DNA of 64,000 bases from Atractiella rhizophila (GCA_021432655.1 MU271365.1:1-64000), one strand, 5' to 3'. Numbered from the stretch's first letter, positions 11,629 to 24,703 are shown. Translations and numbers: made by a program. Notes: generated by a model not told the origin, from the letters alone.

Positions 11629-14600
11629 ATGTCACGAGCAGCTCCGAGTGCAGAAGACGCATTCATGGCTGATCTCCTTTCTGGACTCGACAATGACGAC
11701 TTTGACAAGTTCCCTTCTTCTTCGCCCCCTTTTCCTCTCTCTCAACCAAAGAAACCGATAGCCAAGAAGAGTGGGATTGTTGCAAAGAGCTTGCCGAAGA
11801 AAGAACAGGAGGTTATCAAGGGGAAATCCATGAATGAAAGTCGGGAGAGGAAGACGTCTATGCCGCAAAGGAATGCAGATATCGCAAAATCTTCACATTC
11901 GCGCTTCAATCCCACGGTTGCCACATCGAAAAGTGTTCACACTAAAACTTCGCCGACATTCGCTCCAAAACTACAGTCGAAACCGCTCACAACAGACCTC
12001 CGCGCCACCACTCCTCCTCCGCAACGCAAAGCTCTCCAGACTGTACCGCTCAACAGTCCTCGGAGAGAACGAGAGCGCAAGAACAGCGTGAGCCCGAAGA
12101 GGAAACGACGGGATAGTGTCTCTGGTTCGAATAAGAGCAAGAAAGCAAGAATATCGTTGACGAGCGATGACTTGAGGGATCTGGCGGAAGGATTGGATAT
12201 GGATGACGATTTTGGCGATGGAGAGGATCAGAAGGAAGCACAGGGTGGAGTGCAGAAAGTGGTGGCGGAAAAGACGGAACAGATCCTCAAGGTTGTGGAT
12301 GTGGAGGATCTTATTGATGATGCGGATGATTGGGACGACTTCGATGTGTCCCCTATCAAGCCACCGAGGAAGAAATCCTCCCCGGTTAGAGCTGCGAAAG
12401 AGAAAGGACCATCGCTGGTTCAGGTATCCAATTCACTCCATCCCATGCTCTGCTAACCTGATCCACACAGACTCACCTACCAACCGTCGCTCCCAAGGGT
12501 TTCAGCAAGGATGAGCCTTATTTCCGTTTCCGCGTTCTCTCCGTCAAAAACAACGTTGAAGAATCAGTCAAATATCTCACGGTCTCTCGCCTTCCCATCC
12601 TCAACGAACCTGGAGGTCCAAAGCTGACGATATCAACTGGGGAGCGGACGTAGAGGAGCAAGAAGGCGAAATCCTGCTCAAAGACGATTGGTACTCGTCC
12701 CCGATCAAACGCGGAGACGTGATCCACCTCATTTCGCCCGCTCCATCTCCACCATACCTTGCTATCCTCTCCCTCAAGACTCCTACGCTCCTCGTCCTCC
12801 ATCCGGATCTCCTGCTCTCCTCTACAAAGATCTCGGATTCCAGTCAATGTGTCCGCAAACCGATTTTGCAAGAAAAGTTCAGGTCGAATGGGACAAGTTC
12901 GATGGGGTTGTTAATCGGGAATCTGGGACATGAAGTCATTCAACGATGTTTGCAAGCTGAGAAATGGGACGAGGCTTTTGTCGATTCGACGTGCGAAGAT
13001 GTCTGCAAGAAGGAAATCGAAACTCTATGGAGTATGGGATTGGAGGTAGATAAGGCCACTTTTGAGCTTAAAAACAGAATTGGGAAGGCGGCAGCGGAGT
13101 TCGGTAAGAAGTTCGTTTTGGGAGAGGATGAGGGAAGGATGGTCGATGGGCGTGCGACGAGGGAAGAAAAGCTGAAGATTGAGCGCGTGTTCGATGTGGA
13201 GGAAGATGTTTGGAGTCCAAAGTGGGGGTTGAAGGGAAAGATCGATGCATCCGTGAAGGCAGATGTGCAGGGGACGAAGATGACTCTACCGCTTGAGATC
13301 AAAACCGGGAAAAGTGAGGGAGGGCTCGAACATCGTGCGCAGACCATGCTGTACACTCTCCTCATGAGCGAACGCTATGGTTCGTCCCTTGCACTTCACG
13401 AATGTGATGTCCTGATTATTCGTGCTAGGCGAAGAAATCGCGTCAGGTCTCCTCTATTATACCCAAAGCGGTTCGGTACATCGCGTCTGGGGAGCGCAGA
13501 AGGAGATTCGAGGATTAGTCCAGAGCAGGAATCGAATGGCTCACTTCATGCACCATTCTCACCTAACACTCTCGACTGAGAAGGCGAAAGAAGCAACATC
13601 CGACGACCTTGAAGAGTGTTGGAAGGGTATTCTTCCTCGGTCAATCGATGAGAAGAGAGCCTGCGAACGCTGCTATGTTGTAGATTCTTGTCTACTTTAC
13701 CGCCGAGTACGTCCATCCAACTTGTGGTTGTCGCGATAGCTTGTTCAGAATGGTGCACAGAGTGTCGAGAAGGACTTGCAACTCGACGAACCCCAAGCTG
13801 ACGATTGGTTGATCGACTTGTACAAGAGAAAGACCAGTCATCTCACAAACAAGCACACTGACTTCTTCCGACACTGGGAAGAACTCATCAGCTTAGAAGA
13901 GAGGGAGGGCACACGATCAAAGAAAGAGATATGGACGATGGCGGCTGGAGAACGAGCAAATCACGGAAGGTACAGATGCTCCTCACCATTGCTCAGCAAA
14001 CTCGTTGACATATTGGTTAGGTGTTTGGCTGAAATGGTCTTGGATTCATCTTTCGATTCAGCAAATGTAGCAACAAATGCGCGATGGTCACGCTTTGTCT
14101 ATCGCTTTACCCAAGACCCGTCCCTTCCATCGACTTCTCTACTATCTGGTCACTTGACTCGTGGCGACCCCATCGTCGTATCCATTGACGGAGTCGTGCT
14201 CGCATTTGCGCGAGGCTTTATCTTAGATCTAAACCACTCTTTCGTGACCTTGGGACTGGATCGACAACTCAAACTCCCAGAAAGATGTCAAGGTCTAGAA
14301 AACACGAAATTTCGAATCGATAGGGATGAATTAGGAGCCGGGATGGGAAGAGTGAGAGACAACCTAGCGCAGCTTTTCTACGACAATGGAGATGAAAGAA
14401 GGAGGAGGTTGATAGTAGATCTGGAGGAGCCAAGATTCACTGTAGGGGCCGATTTGGACGACCTGAAGCTCGACGGTGCTAATGACGACCAAAAAGCAGC
14501 GGTCATGAAGGTTTTGAAGACGGAAGACTATGCTCTTCTCCTCGGAATGCCTGGGACGGGGAAAACCACCACTATTGCTAAAGTTATTGAGATTCTAGCG

Positions 14601-16010
14601 GCTCGAGGCAAGACGATTCTATTGACGAGTTACACCCACTCTGCAGTCGACACAATCCTCGAGAAAGTCAAGGATTCCGGTCTCAGCATCCTTCGAATCG
14701 GCAACCCAGATAAAGTGAGTTCGTGTCTCAAATGAGAATAAACATTGACTTTTGCAGGTCGCACATGCTATCCAACGATTCACCATCTCCCCAGACAGCC
14801 CTGCCACGTCAATCGAAGCACTCAATCACCAGCTCATGACTCCTCAAATTGTCGCCACGACTTGTTTGGCCATCGATCAGTATGTGAAACCACTAAGGCG
14901 AACACATTTATTAATGTTTCATGCAGCGTGCTATTCTCGCGTCGACATTTCGACTACTGCATCGTAGACGAGGCTTCTCAGATAACTCTTCCTACTTGCC
15001 TCGGACCTCTCCGCTTCGCTGATCGGTTCATTCTTGTGGGGGATCACAACCAGCTCCCTCCGCTTGTAAAGAGCATCGAAGCGAGAGAGAAGGGATTGGA
15101 CATCAGCTTATTCAAACGCCTCTCCGATGCACACCCTCAAGCCATTGTCTACCTCACGCAACAGTATCGTATGAATGCAGACATCATGGAAGTCTCTAAT
15201 CGCCTCATCTACGACGGAAGGCTCCGATGCGGGTCTGAAGACGTTGCTCGAAGGCAGCTATTCCTGCCGAGAGTTGAAGAGTTTGCTACTTTTCACGAAT
15301 CCAGCACATGCGCCATGGATGCCTGCTGGTTGAAGATTCTCTTAGATCCGAAGTAAGTCCTCCTTGTAGCGAGCATCACCGAGAACTCAACGGTTGCTTT
15401 CCAGTCAAAGTGTCGCCTTCGTAAATACCGATAACGTACCTGGTTTGGAGAAGAAGCTGGCGGGGGGTCACTTGATACAAAACGATGTCGAAGCAGAGTT
15501 GATCTCTCAGGTTTGCTTTCCTCGATCAGAATCAGTGCCGTCTCTGATGCCTGCATCTACAGACCAGTGCCGCGCTCTTGGCCACTGGCGTCAAGGAGTC
15601 CTCCATTGGGGTGATAGCCTTGTATCGACAGCAAATCAAACTTCTTTCGCAACGACTGAGGCAACACAATCAAATTGAAGTCCTGACTGCCGATAAGAGC
15701 CAAGGGAGGGACAAAGATTGCATTCTAATGTCTCTCACGAGGTCAAATCCCGAACATCAAGTAAGCCTCCTTGTAACCACACTAATAGATTAAAACTGAT
15801 GGTCAATACCTTCAGGTTGGCGATCTCTTACGCGACTGGCGCAGATTGAATGTTTGCTTCACTCGTGCCAAAGTCAAGCTAATCATCTTCGGTTCTCGAC
15901 GCACTCTCACCAGTGTTCCCACTTTGAAGAAATTCCTTGATTTCTGTTCACAACACCACTGGATTTTGGAACTTCAAAAAGACGACCACCTTGTGCACGC
16001 ATTGTCGTAA
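11629..16010 (+). CDS. DNA2: DNA replication nuclease/helicase Dna2
   Basis: EEDVWSPKWGLKGKIDAS, PLEIKTG, HRAQTMLYTLL, Fe-S cysteines (CVRK; CERCYVVDSC), Walker A GMPGTGKTT, LTSYTHSAVD, DEASQ, QYRMN, DKSQGRDK. Confidence 0.97.
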
Positions 16011-16210
16011 TTTCTGCCCAGTTCTACCAGTAACTTATTGCTCTTCGTCGTCTTGCATCTTATTTCATACGCCTCGTATCATGCTTGGTCTCTACGTTTG
16101 ACATGTAACACACAATCCATATTCAGAAGAATTTGCATATCTAAAATACAGCAAGGGTATACTATACTTCTACTCGCTTGCGAGAGTCAAAGTCCATATA
16201 TCTCAATCTT

Positions 16211-19200
16211 TCACTGATTCATTTGAGCCTGTCGCTTCTGGAGCGCGGCAGCCAAATCCATTTGCCCTACACCGCCTCCAGGCTTAGGTTTCGGGGGAGG
16301 TGCGCCAACACCTGCCTTGGAGGGAATAGCGGGCTTGGGTTTTGGTGCAGGAGCTGGCTTGTTGGCGAGAGAAGACGATGGCCGTGAGCCCGCAGCAGAG
16401 CCACCATTGGATTCGCCATTTTGATCTGCTGCTGCTCGCTTCGCCGCAAGGATGGCCTGAAGCAGCAGTCTTCAGTGAGCTTTCAACCATGGTATGACAA
16501 CACTCTCACCTGAAGTCCTCCTGGCTGTGCCGTTCCGAAGACAGAAACAGGAGCTGCATTTGCGTCTGCTCTCACCGAAGATGGGGTAGGGGTTGCAACA
16601 GGGGTCTTCCTGACTGATGCTGGCGCTGGCGCAGGGGGAGCTGCTGGTTTTGGCTTGGGTTTCTCAACAAGTTGAAGGTACTGGAGCAAGCTTAGCCAGG
16701 ATATCGCTTGCGTGAGTTGTACCACTTACATTCGACGGTGCCCATCCTTCTTTGTTCCCTTTCTTTACGAGCCACCATCCGGTATCATCCTTTTGTACCA
16801 CCTCGACTAGGTCATCTTTCTGAAGGGCTAATTCCCCATCCTCTGTGGTCTCGAATTTAAATGTCCTGCAAGCTTTCAGCAAATCACTTCAACCTTGGCA
16901 ATGACCTACGCCTTATACATCGGCACATCTGGTTGTGCTGGAGGTGGAGGCGGAGGAGGGGGAGCAGGAGCTCTCGTTGGTGGTGCGGCAGCTCTTGTTG
17001 CCGCAGATGTCGAAGGGGCAGGAGGCGCTTTGGGAACGATGGCAGCAGCCTTAGGAGCTGGAGGAGCCCTCGGTACTGCAGCCGACTTCGCAGCTCCTCC
17101 ATTGACAGCAGGGGGAGCTTTCGGTATAGATGAGACTCCACCCGAAGGGAGTGGCTGAGCTTTGGGAACAGGACGAGCAGCAGGTCGTGGTTTCTACGAC
17201 ACGCTTAGTACAAAGCTTCACACCAACACCTCACTCACAGATGGTCCACCAGGCCGTAAAAGCTTCCCTTGAGTGATAGGACGAACAATACCTGGCTTTC
17301 GTTTGGGCATCGGTTTGGATACGCTACTTGGGGGCTGTCCACTAGAAATGGCCAGCTTATGGCTCTTGTAAACACCGTCTTCTCCTCCCATTTGATCCTT
17401 AGAAACGTGGATTTGCTCTCGCTTGCCTTTCTTCTTCTGGTAGTCTAGCGTCGGTCCAATCGCGATTTGAATGCTACCGCCAGTGCGCTGAAGAAGGTGA
17501 ACAACCATTTCGGTTTTGAATGGCACAACGAGAACGGGATCTGCCTCCTCAGAATTCTTGACATTGATGACCTGGCAAAAGGCGTCAAGTTTGACTAAGC
17601 TGATTAAGTTGCGCTGACCATCCAATCATCCTTGAGATTAGAGAGGCCAACGCTGGATATCGTCACCAAGGGAATCTTTCGGTCGCAACTTGTCTGGGGA
17701 GATCCTTGAACAAGCTGGGTAATAAGAATGTAGACCGCTTTGTCGGTCTATCCCTTGGTCAATCAAATTCAGTTACGAAAACGTGAATACGAACGACGAC
17801 AACGAATCTCGGGGTCAGTTTGCTAGATCGTCCAAACTTGGACGTCAGAATCTCAGCCCTGGAACTGAAAGCAACGGTCTCCGCTCCTGCTTAACAGTGA
17901 ACATTGGAAAACCTTGGCTTGGCAGGGACATACCAGAAATGCCAGCAGCACTGTGCAAAGTTTCTCCAAATGCCGACTTGCCTCCAACATCAAGATAATC
18001 GCCCAAGTAGCGGCGCATTCCCAGCAAACTAAACCTTCGCCTCTCCTTCCGTCCACCAAGAACGGTATGCCCATAGTCTCGCAACTTGAGAAAGTCATCA
18101 CCCGTTCGAGTCTTTCTCCATGCTCGCTGGATCCGCGCTGCGGCTTCATTCTTGTACCGCCAGTAATTCCTCCATGCTCGTTGAATGCGAGCTGCCATGT
18201 TATGCCAATACCGATCGCGCATTGTTTCCAGTGCGAAGAGCTATATTGTAAAATATAAGGAAGATAATGATGATGGAAATGTATACGAACAGTTTCAGGT
18301 GAACGGATGAACGCCTTCGTCACACCCATCTGCCACTCATCCTTAGCGATCCCACAATCATTCAGAATCTTTTGACATCCAGATTTGCTGTCCCCAGTCC
18401 AAATATAGTCTCCAGCGTAGGAAGTAGCGGGAGAGAGGAGGTAGAAACTGCACCACCATCAGTCCATACAAAACTTGAAGAAAGAAAACCTCACCGTTGT
18501 ACCATCTGATCGAAAGTGTTTCTGTACGCAAATCCTGCCCTTCTCACTCTGATATTCTCTTGCAACCCAAGATACTTGATCTGATGCAAAATCGCTTTCG
18601 TATCATACTCAGACGGGCTCCGGTTCTGATTAGGCTTGATCGTGCGAATATAACTCGGTTGACTTCTCATCAACTTCTCTACCAACGCATTCGCACTTTG
18701 CTTAATCTTGTCACCAGCCGTCGGTGGTCTCTTCTTACTCGAAGGATCTGGGCGGTCAGGGAACAAGTTCTGGAAGAAGGTATTCTTGCTCGCGCCGATC
18801 AGAGCCCAAAGATCCTGATTGAGCGTGTCCTTGTTCTTATCCGTCATTCCACTAACATTGTATGTTACGTCGCCGGCGTAATGCTTGACGATGAACTTTT
18901 CGCCTCTAGATTCAAAGTGCTTGTTCGATGACAAGGCACCGAGACGCTGCACAAAGGAAGTATCTGCCGCTCGAGGGTCGGCGTGTGCGGTGGCACATGC
19001 GTCGTTGAGAGCAGCGAACACACCAGGCGGCCGCTTTTCTTCAATGAGGTCGCAAACAACTTTGTTGTTGAAGAAATCAATAGGCGTCCATTTGATCTGT
19101 TCACGAACATATTCTTCCTGTTCCGCCTTGAGTGTGAGCTCGATGAAGATCTACGCCCAGCGCTTAGCACGATTCCATTCGTGTCAAACTGAGAAAGCAC

Positions 19201-20863
19201 CTGTTGTAGTTTCTCGTTGACATAGTTGATACAAAGCTGTTCGAAAGAGTTGTCTACAGGCCATTCATCAGCTTCACTGGGCGAGGCAGCAGGAAGATGA
19301 CATGCCCTGGAAAATCTCAAAGCCATAAATATCGAGAACACCAATGATATAATTCGCCTGTTGTCTTGCTGCCATCGACTGATTGACCCTCTCTACGATC
19401 CACTCAAAAAGATTATTGTAGATAGCTTTCGCGAGCGCATCTCTAGCGGCACCAGCCTGAGGGACATTGAGAGGAGAATCGTAGATAGAGCCACGTCTGC
19501 CTCCTCTCTGGGTTTCGACCGTCTTATTCGTCAAAGCTGCGACGACTTGACTTGGATCGACCTCCAATAGGTATCCCAAGAACTCTGGGACGGAAGTGTC
19601 TCTAATCTCAGCGTTCCCCTCCGCATTCTCCTTGAACTGCGCATTCCCCAACCAAAGAACCATAGCCAGACACCGAAAGATGTCGTTCTGCTCCGCGTCA
19701 CTCAACCCAATGATCCGCATAGCTTGAAGCGTCTCCGCCCAATCAGCAACGTCATCAATACCCGGAACATCGAGACAATTGGCTTTGGAGGTATAGGTGT
19801 ATGCAGAAGGTTCTTGAATTCCGAAAGCCTCGCGTTGTGCAGGTGAGGCGGCTTTGGTGAATTGGTAGAAGATGTGAAAGTTGCGCTCGTTCTCAATCTG
19901 ACCAACAACTCGTCCTTTCTCCAAAAGGTAATTCGTGATCATCGCGCCGACTGGCTCCCCTGCGTCGTTGAATTCAATCTCAAGGTATTTACCCTGAATA
20001 AAACGGGTTAGTTAGCAGCTGCATGAACTGAGGAAGGGACAGAAGACCCACGTGTCGACTGGAGTTGTTGTTTCGTAGAGTCTTAGCGCACCCAAAACTC
20101 TCGAGGAGCGGATTTGTTGCCAGCACCATCTGCTTGATCTCGTCGATTCCGCTTCCTTTATCTCCCGCTACGGCCGCAATATATTCCATAATTTTCTGTA
20201 CCAATAATCAGTCTCTTTCCGCAACCCGACGCGAACACACGACGCACCTTCGCAGCTTCCGTCTTTCCAGCCCCAGACTCTCCAGAGATGATAACACACT
20301 GGTTCTCCTGATACGAGGTCATCTTGTAGTATGCGCTCTCTGCAATAGCATAGACGTGCGGCGGCATCTCCAGCCTATTCTTCCCTCGATAACTTCTCAG
20401 GACCTCATCGGTGTAGATTGGTAGGAGCCGGAATGGATTGACGGAGATGAGGACGAATCCAATGTAGGTCTAATGCGTCACCGGTTACGAAACACAAGAG
20501 TCAACAGGGATGGTAGACATACGTAGATCTCCGCGTTATCAAACCGTTTCTTAAGATTGTCGTTGATCGAATCATTGGTAATAGTCGTGAGAAGCGTCAT
20601 ATCTGACACGCCGGCGGTCTTCTTCTTAAATCCTTCCTTCCAATCCGCCTATATCCACCACACCATCGACATTCACATCCCTAATAGGTTAATCAAGGAA
20701 ACACATACTTTGGCAAATTGTGCCTTTTGCACCTTCCCTCCGGCGGGAGCAGCCTTCGCTGCTCCTTTCTTGCCGGCTTTCTTCGTCGGCGCCTATAACG
20801 TGTATAGATACTTAGGAGAGAAGCGCTGGGAGAGAGATAGGGAGGCATGATCAGACTGACCAT
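16211..20863 (-). CDS. MYO1: Type I myosin (motor, IQ, TH1, Pro-rich, SH3)
   Basis: ATG-only first exon then [40 protein letters not shown]-site [27 protein letters not shown] motifs, SH3 [15 protein letters not shown]; ends [16 protein letters not shown]. Confidence 0.97.
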
Positions 20864-21380
20864 TGTATCGCTTCGGTGCTATAGAGCCATGTCAACATTC
20901 GGACCCTTCAGAACTTCTGGTACCTACCTCAATAGACGCCCACCCAGACGATTAGACGATTAATGTGTACTCCTTGCCAGAACCAGCAGCTCTCGGTGTT
21001 GCAAGCTGTTGGTTGCTTCACAGCGATGCTGCGCAGCTATTGTTTGTCGAGAAGGGCAGCTTCATTCAATCAAAATGACCAACATTGCCTGGAAGGATAT
21101 GGACGTAATAGAAGCGAGCTGTATACTTTCAATCTAGTATGTCTTCTGTATTTCTCTTCCGACAAGGAACGCTTTAGGGTCACGGTGGGAGACACGACAT
21201 GACCTTGTCTCCCACTTTGAGCTCCTGCTCAAATGTGCTTGATGAAGACTTGCTCTGCAAGTGTTTGCAAATTACTTGGCACTGATACTTTGTTTATTGA
21301 AGTGTGCGCGATATCATTTGTCGCTCTTACCTTGGTAGCGAAACATAATATGACTTTTCTAACAGCGTCATTTTACAGCT

Positions 21381-21405
21381 GCAGTTGAGTTGCTGCATTT
21401 TACAG
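21381..21405 (+). repeat. Left arm of an imperfect inverted repeat (partner at 23218-23246)
   Basis: GCAGTTGAGTTGCTGCATTTTACAG; its 13-bp core CTGCATTTTACAG is the exact reverse complement of 23218-23230. Confidence 0.55.
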
Positions 21406-21616
21406 CCAGTGCATTTAGGACTTTGCTGAAGAATTCGGACCAGACCATATTGTATATCACCGTTCCCAAACCTCTTTGAGAAATTACTACATTTACTGTT
21501 TGCACTTTGCTATGCAACACTTACCTCACATGATATGAACTTGGAGAAGAGAAGAACGTGAACTGTGAATGACCGCAGACTCTGGCCAGTTTTGGTTGAG
21601 CATATCGCACGGTTCC

Positions 21617-22466
21617 TTAAGCAAGCCCGATCTTCTTGTCCAAGCCAGATTGTCTCAGGAGTACTTGCACCAAAATCACCAGAGCCACAGTGAAAAGCAT
21701 CTGGTACATTTGACCATATAGGATGTTAGCAAAGACCGCGGATTGAGCACGTTGTCGAGTCTGAGCTTCGACGCTGCCCGTCACTGCCGCCGCTTGTTGA
21801 AGTTCTTCTTCCACTTTGACGAGCCCAGTCGGATCACCTCCTTCCTTAATGTGAAGCAGGAAAAGATTGCGTCCCACCGTTTTAGCATACTCGAAACAAT
21901 CATTTACGAAGACAGCATAGAATTCAGGCATCGAGATCAGCGCAATCAAGTCAACAATCGCCAGCTTGAGGTAGATGGTTCCGAGTAGACGGCGGTCTGC
22001 TTGATATTTAAATTTTCGAAATTCCTTCAGTACAATGTAACGAGTTTGTTCGGCATCCCCAAAAACAATGTGATAACGAAAGCCGGGCCGTAGATCTGGA
22101 TTGTCTGGGACAGAGCCAGGATGGTCGTGCTCTGTGGGAATCAAGACGAGCGAGGCATGTTGATCATGTATATCGAGATAAACATTCAATTCCTTCTTCG
22201 ATGAGTTTTGAAAGAAAGCTGCTTCGTCCTCTTTCGTGCCCTGGAAAGGTCCAAATAAGTGGGGTTGGCCCATTTGAAGGAGCTCGAGAGGGAAACCCTT
22301 GAAACCGAGGATGGATTGCGCTGTGACCAATCCGATCAAACTGGCACGATCTTTCTCTAGCCGTCCAGGAAGATACTGCAAGTTATTCGTGTCAGATAAT
22401 GCACACCTAAGAAAGCAGGTACTTGCTCACATTTTCTGCAAGTTCCTTCAGTGGATCCATGCTCAT
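21617..22466 (-). CDS. Hypothetical protein with C-terminal TM helix; possible permuted papain-like (LRAT/PPPDE) fold
   Basis: Short exon MSMDPLKELAEN, GTGAGC..TTGCAG intron (22376-22430), then an open exon of about 250 codons with QHASLVL, RYHIVF, YAVFVNDCFEY and hydrophobic MLFTVALVILVQVLL. Confidence 0.65.
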
Positions 22467-23217
22467 ACGTGTGTTATCCTCAAAGTTCAGGCAATATGGA
22501 GGAAGCTCTTTCGGACTTGTTCACCTGTCACTAATATATACCAGCTCGAAACGTCATCAGCCATTCATTGGGCACAAAGGTTCTGGGAGTCACTTCGTGC
22601 GGCGGGTGCGAGGGCACGAACCGCTCCCAATTCTAACTTCCCCCTACCATACAACGTTTCCCACCGTGATTTCGTCTTACGGACCGATCTGCATCATATT
22701 GAAGTTATTACACGGTGTCTCGTTTCTTCGGCTTCCACGTCCGCGCTAACTTTGTGCATCACTGGCAGCATCTTTGTTCTTGAGCACAATAAGAATGAGA
22801 ACGAACGGATATGCTGCGGGTCAATAGACATGGTAGTTCATCAAGTCACCGACCGAAAATTGATCCTTCAAAAATGGTACCCTATTCTCTGCATCACCTC
22901 GAGGATCCTGGAGGCTTGCTGCTGGTGGTTTCCCAATTATTATTTTCCAACGGCAATGTGGGATAAGCGAACGTTGGCGTCGGTTGGAATTCAAATTTGC
23001 TGGTGAGCTCCTTCAAGTTCCCTAAGTAATGACTTTTCCCGATTTATATCTCATGCCCAATGAATTCTGAACACTCCATATGCGCCTAATGGGCCATTCT
23101 ATTTTACGAACGTACCAAATTTAAGGAAACATGTTATTGTGACTGGTTCACGTCCCTCCCATCCATTCTTACAATAAAGATAAGATCCTAGCATATTCAA
23201 AGACACTACTACCTATA

Positions 23218-23246
23218 CTGTAAAATGCAGTTGTCAACACAACTGC
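23218..23246 (-). repeat. Right arm of the imperfect inverted repeat
   Basis: Reverse complement reads GCAGTTGTGTTGACAACTGCATTTTACAG, matching 21381-21405 with 1 mismatch and a 4-nt indel. Confidence 0.55.
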
Positions 23247-23341
23247 GCAAGAAAAGCTGGCCAACCAGTACTGCAACGCAATGCAGCTGCCGAGACCGCT
23301 GCAAGAACTGGCTAACCAGTGACGCGACGCTTTACAACTGC

Positions 23342-24025
23342 CTACACAGTTGTATATTTCTTAACTGAGCTAAATGCTCTAACGCAAAACGCAACGCAGG
23401 CTGACAGAACAGCTTCTGCAGCCCGGCTAACCAGTACTGCACGCGCAACGCCAGCTAACTGGCGGACGCCCAAAACTCCAAGCATCATTGTCCCGACAAC
23501 AAACGAAACACTCACTGGAGGACACGCGCCTGAAACTCTTGCTGTCCCATCTATCACAGACATTCCTCCCTCCTTTTCTTTCTCCTTCGTAACTGAGCTG
23601 GTGAGATTTTGAACAAGATTGCCGATAGAATCGAGGAACTTGGTGGTGGCTACCTGCGATGCCGATTCTGAAGTATTCACCCAGCCCGACGCGTTCAGGA
23701 TGCCTTGAAGTCGCCCTTCCTTAGCCAGGCGTTGTAGGGAGTCGAAGAAAACTCGATCCGACGCGTTTTCCGCATTTCCTGCTCCTGATTCCACACCACC
23801 GAGTCCCGACGCGTACGAACCCGATACAACACCACCCTCCGTTGCCTGGCTTCCTATCCCTTCTCTTCCTTCCCCTTCTCTCAGACCACTTGCCAATCCT
23901 CTCTCCCCCCAATTGTTTCCCGAAGCGCCAGACATGCCTCCTGCAAACAAGTTCTCCAGAGACTCAGAGGACGTCATTCCGCCTTGCCCTCCACTCCCGC
24001 CATCGTTTCCTGCCATATCGGCCAT
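23342..24025 (-). CDS. Hypothetical G/S-rich protein, possibly a truncated gene (3' end uncertain)
   Basis: 227-codon ORF from ATG; probable intron after ..VSGACPP (GTGAGT..CGCCAG); runs into degenerate short repeats. Confidence 0.5.
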   Translation of the reverse strand: MADMAGNDGGSGGQGGMTSSESLENLFAGGMSGASGNNWGERGLASGLREGEGREGIGSQATEGGVVSGSYASGLGGVESGAGNAENASDRVFFDSLQRLAKEGRLQGILNASGWVNTSESASQVATTKFLDSIGNLVQNLTSSVTKEKEKEGGMSVIDGTARVSGACPPVSVSFVVGTMMLGVLGVRQLAGVARAVLVSRAAEAVLSACVAFCVRAFSSVKKYTTV

Positions 24026-24703
24026 TATCTTGAACTGAGTGAATCTAGAGAAGGAGAGCTGTTGGGAGGTGCCGAATGAAGTTTTTGCGCTTTTAGGACG
24101 CGTGAAAACTCACTTGAGTGAGCTGATCTGCTGAGAGGGAATGGCGAAGTGGTTGTGAAAACAAGCAATGACCTCACTTCGCATTCTACAATTTGTTGGA
24201 AGGGCGGAAAAGATCTTTCGCTCATGACTCACTTCAGTCTTTTCTGCCACATGAAACGGCATTGTACTTTTACTTCAAGTTACCTGACTACGTCCCAGTC
24301 ATAGAGCAACTTGAACCTGCCATACATCTCTGCCTTCTGCTCTCATGATTAACTTGAAACTGTCCAAGAAACCGTAATCGCCACCACGCGTCGTGTTCGT
24401 TTTCGTCCTCAGGAGTAAGAGTCACGCCGTGACCCTCAGGTTCAGTGGTCGGCTACAAGTACTCAGGTATTCCGCCAAGCAAGGGGTCTCCCCATACCTT
24501 TTGCCTGTTGCATGAGCAATCGTCTGGCGAATTCTAATTCAGCCGAAGGCAGTCGCAATTTCCATCTGTCCAGGATATTTACTGCTTATTTCCACCTTTT
24601 ATAATCAGCTCAAAATCTCCTCGGTGTCCTGATAAATTCGACTTTAATATTCATTGAGCAGAGACTGGTGACTGGCAAGAGAGAGCTCTAGATCTAACGA
24701 AGG

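Noticed and set aside
20861..20863. ATG-only first coding exon of MYO1
   Set aside because: A real feature but common in fungal genes.
22299..23006. 235-aa plus-strand ORF
   Set aside because: Non-ATG first codon, overlaps the minus-strand gene, no recognisable motifs.
24225..24231. TGACTCA AP-1/Gcn4 site upstream of the ABC gene
   Set aside because: A single 7-mer is expected by chance in 64 kb.
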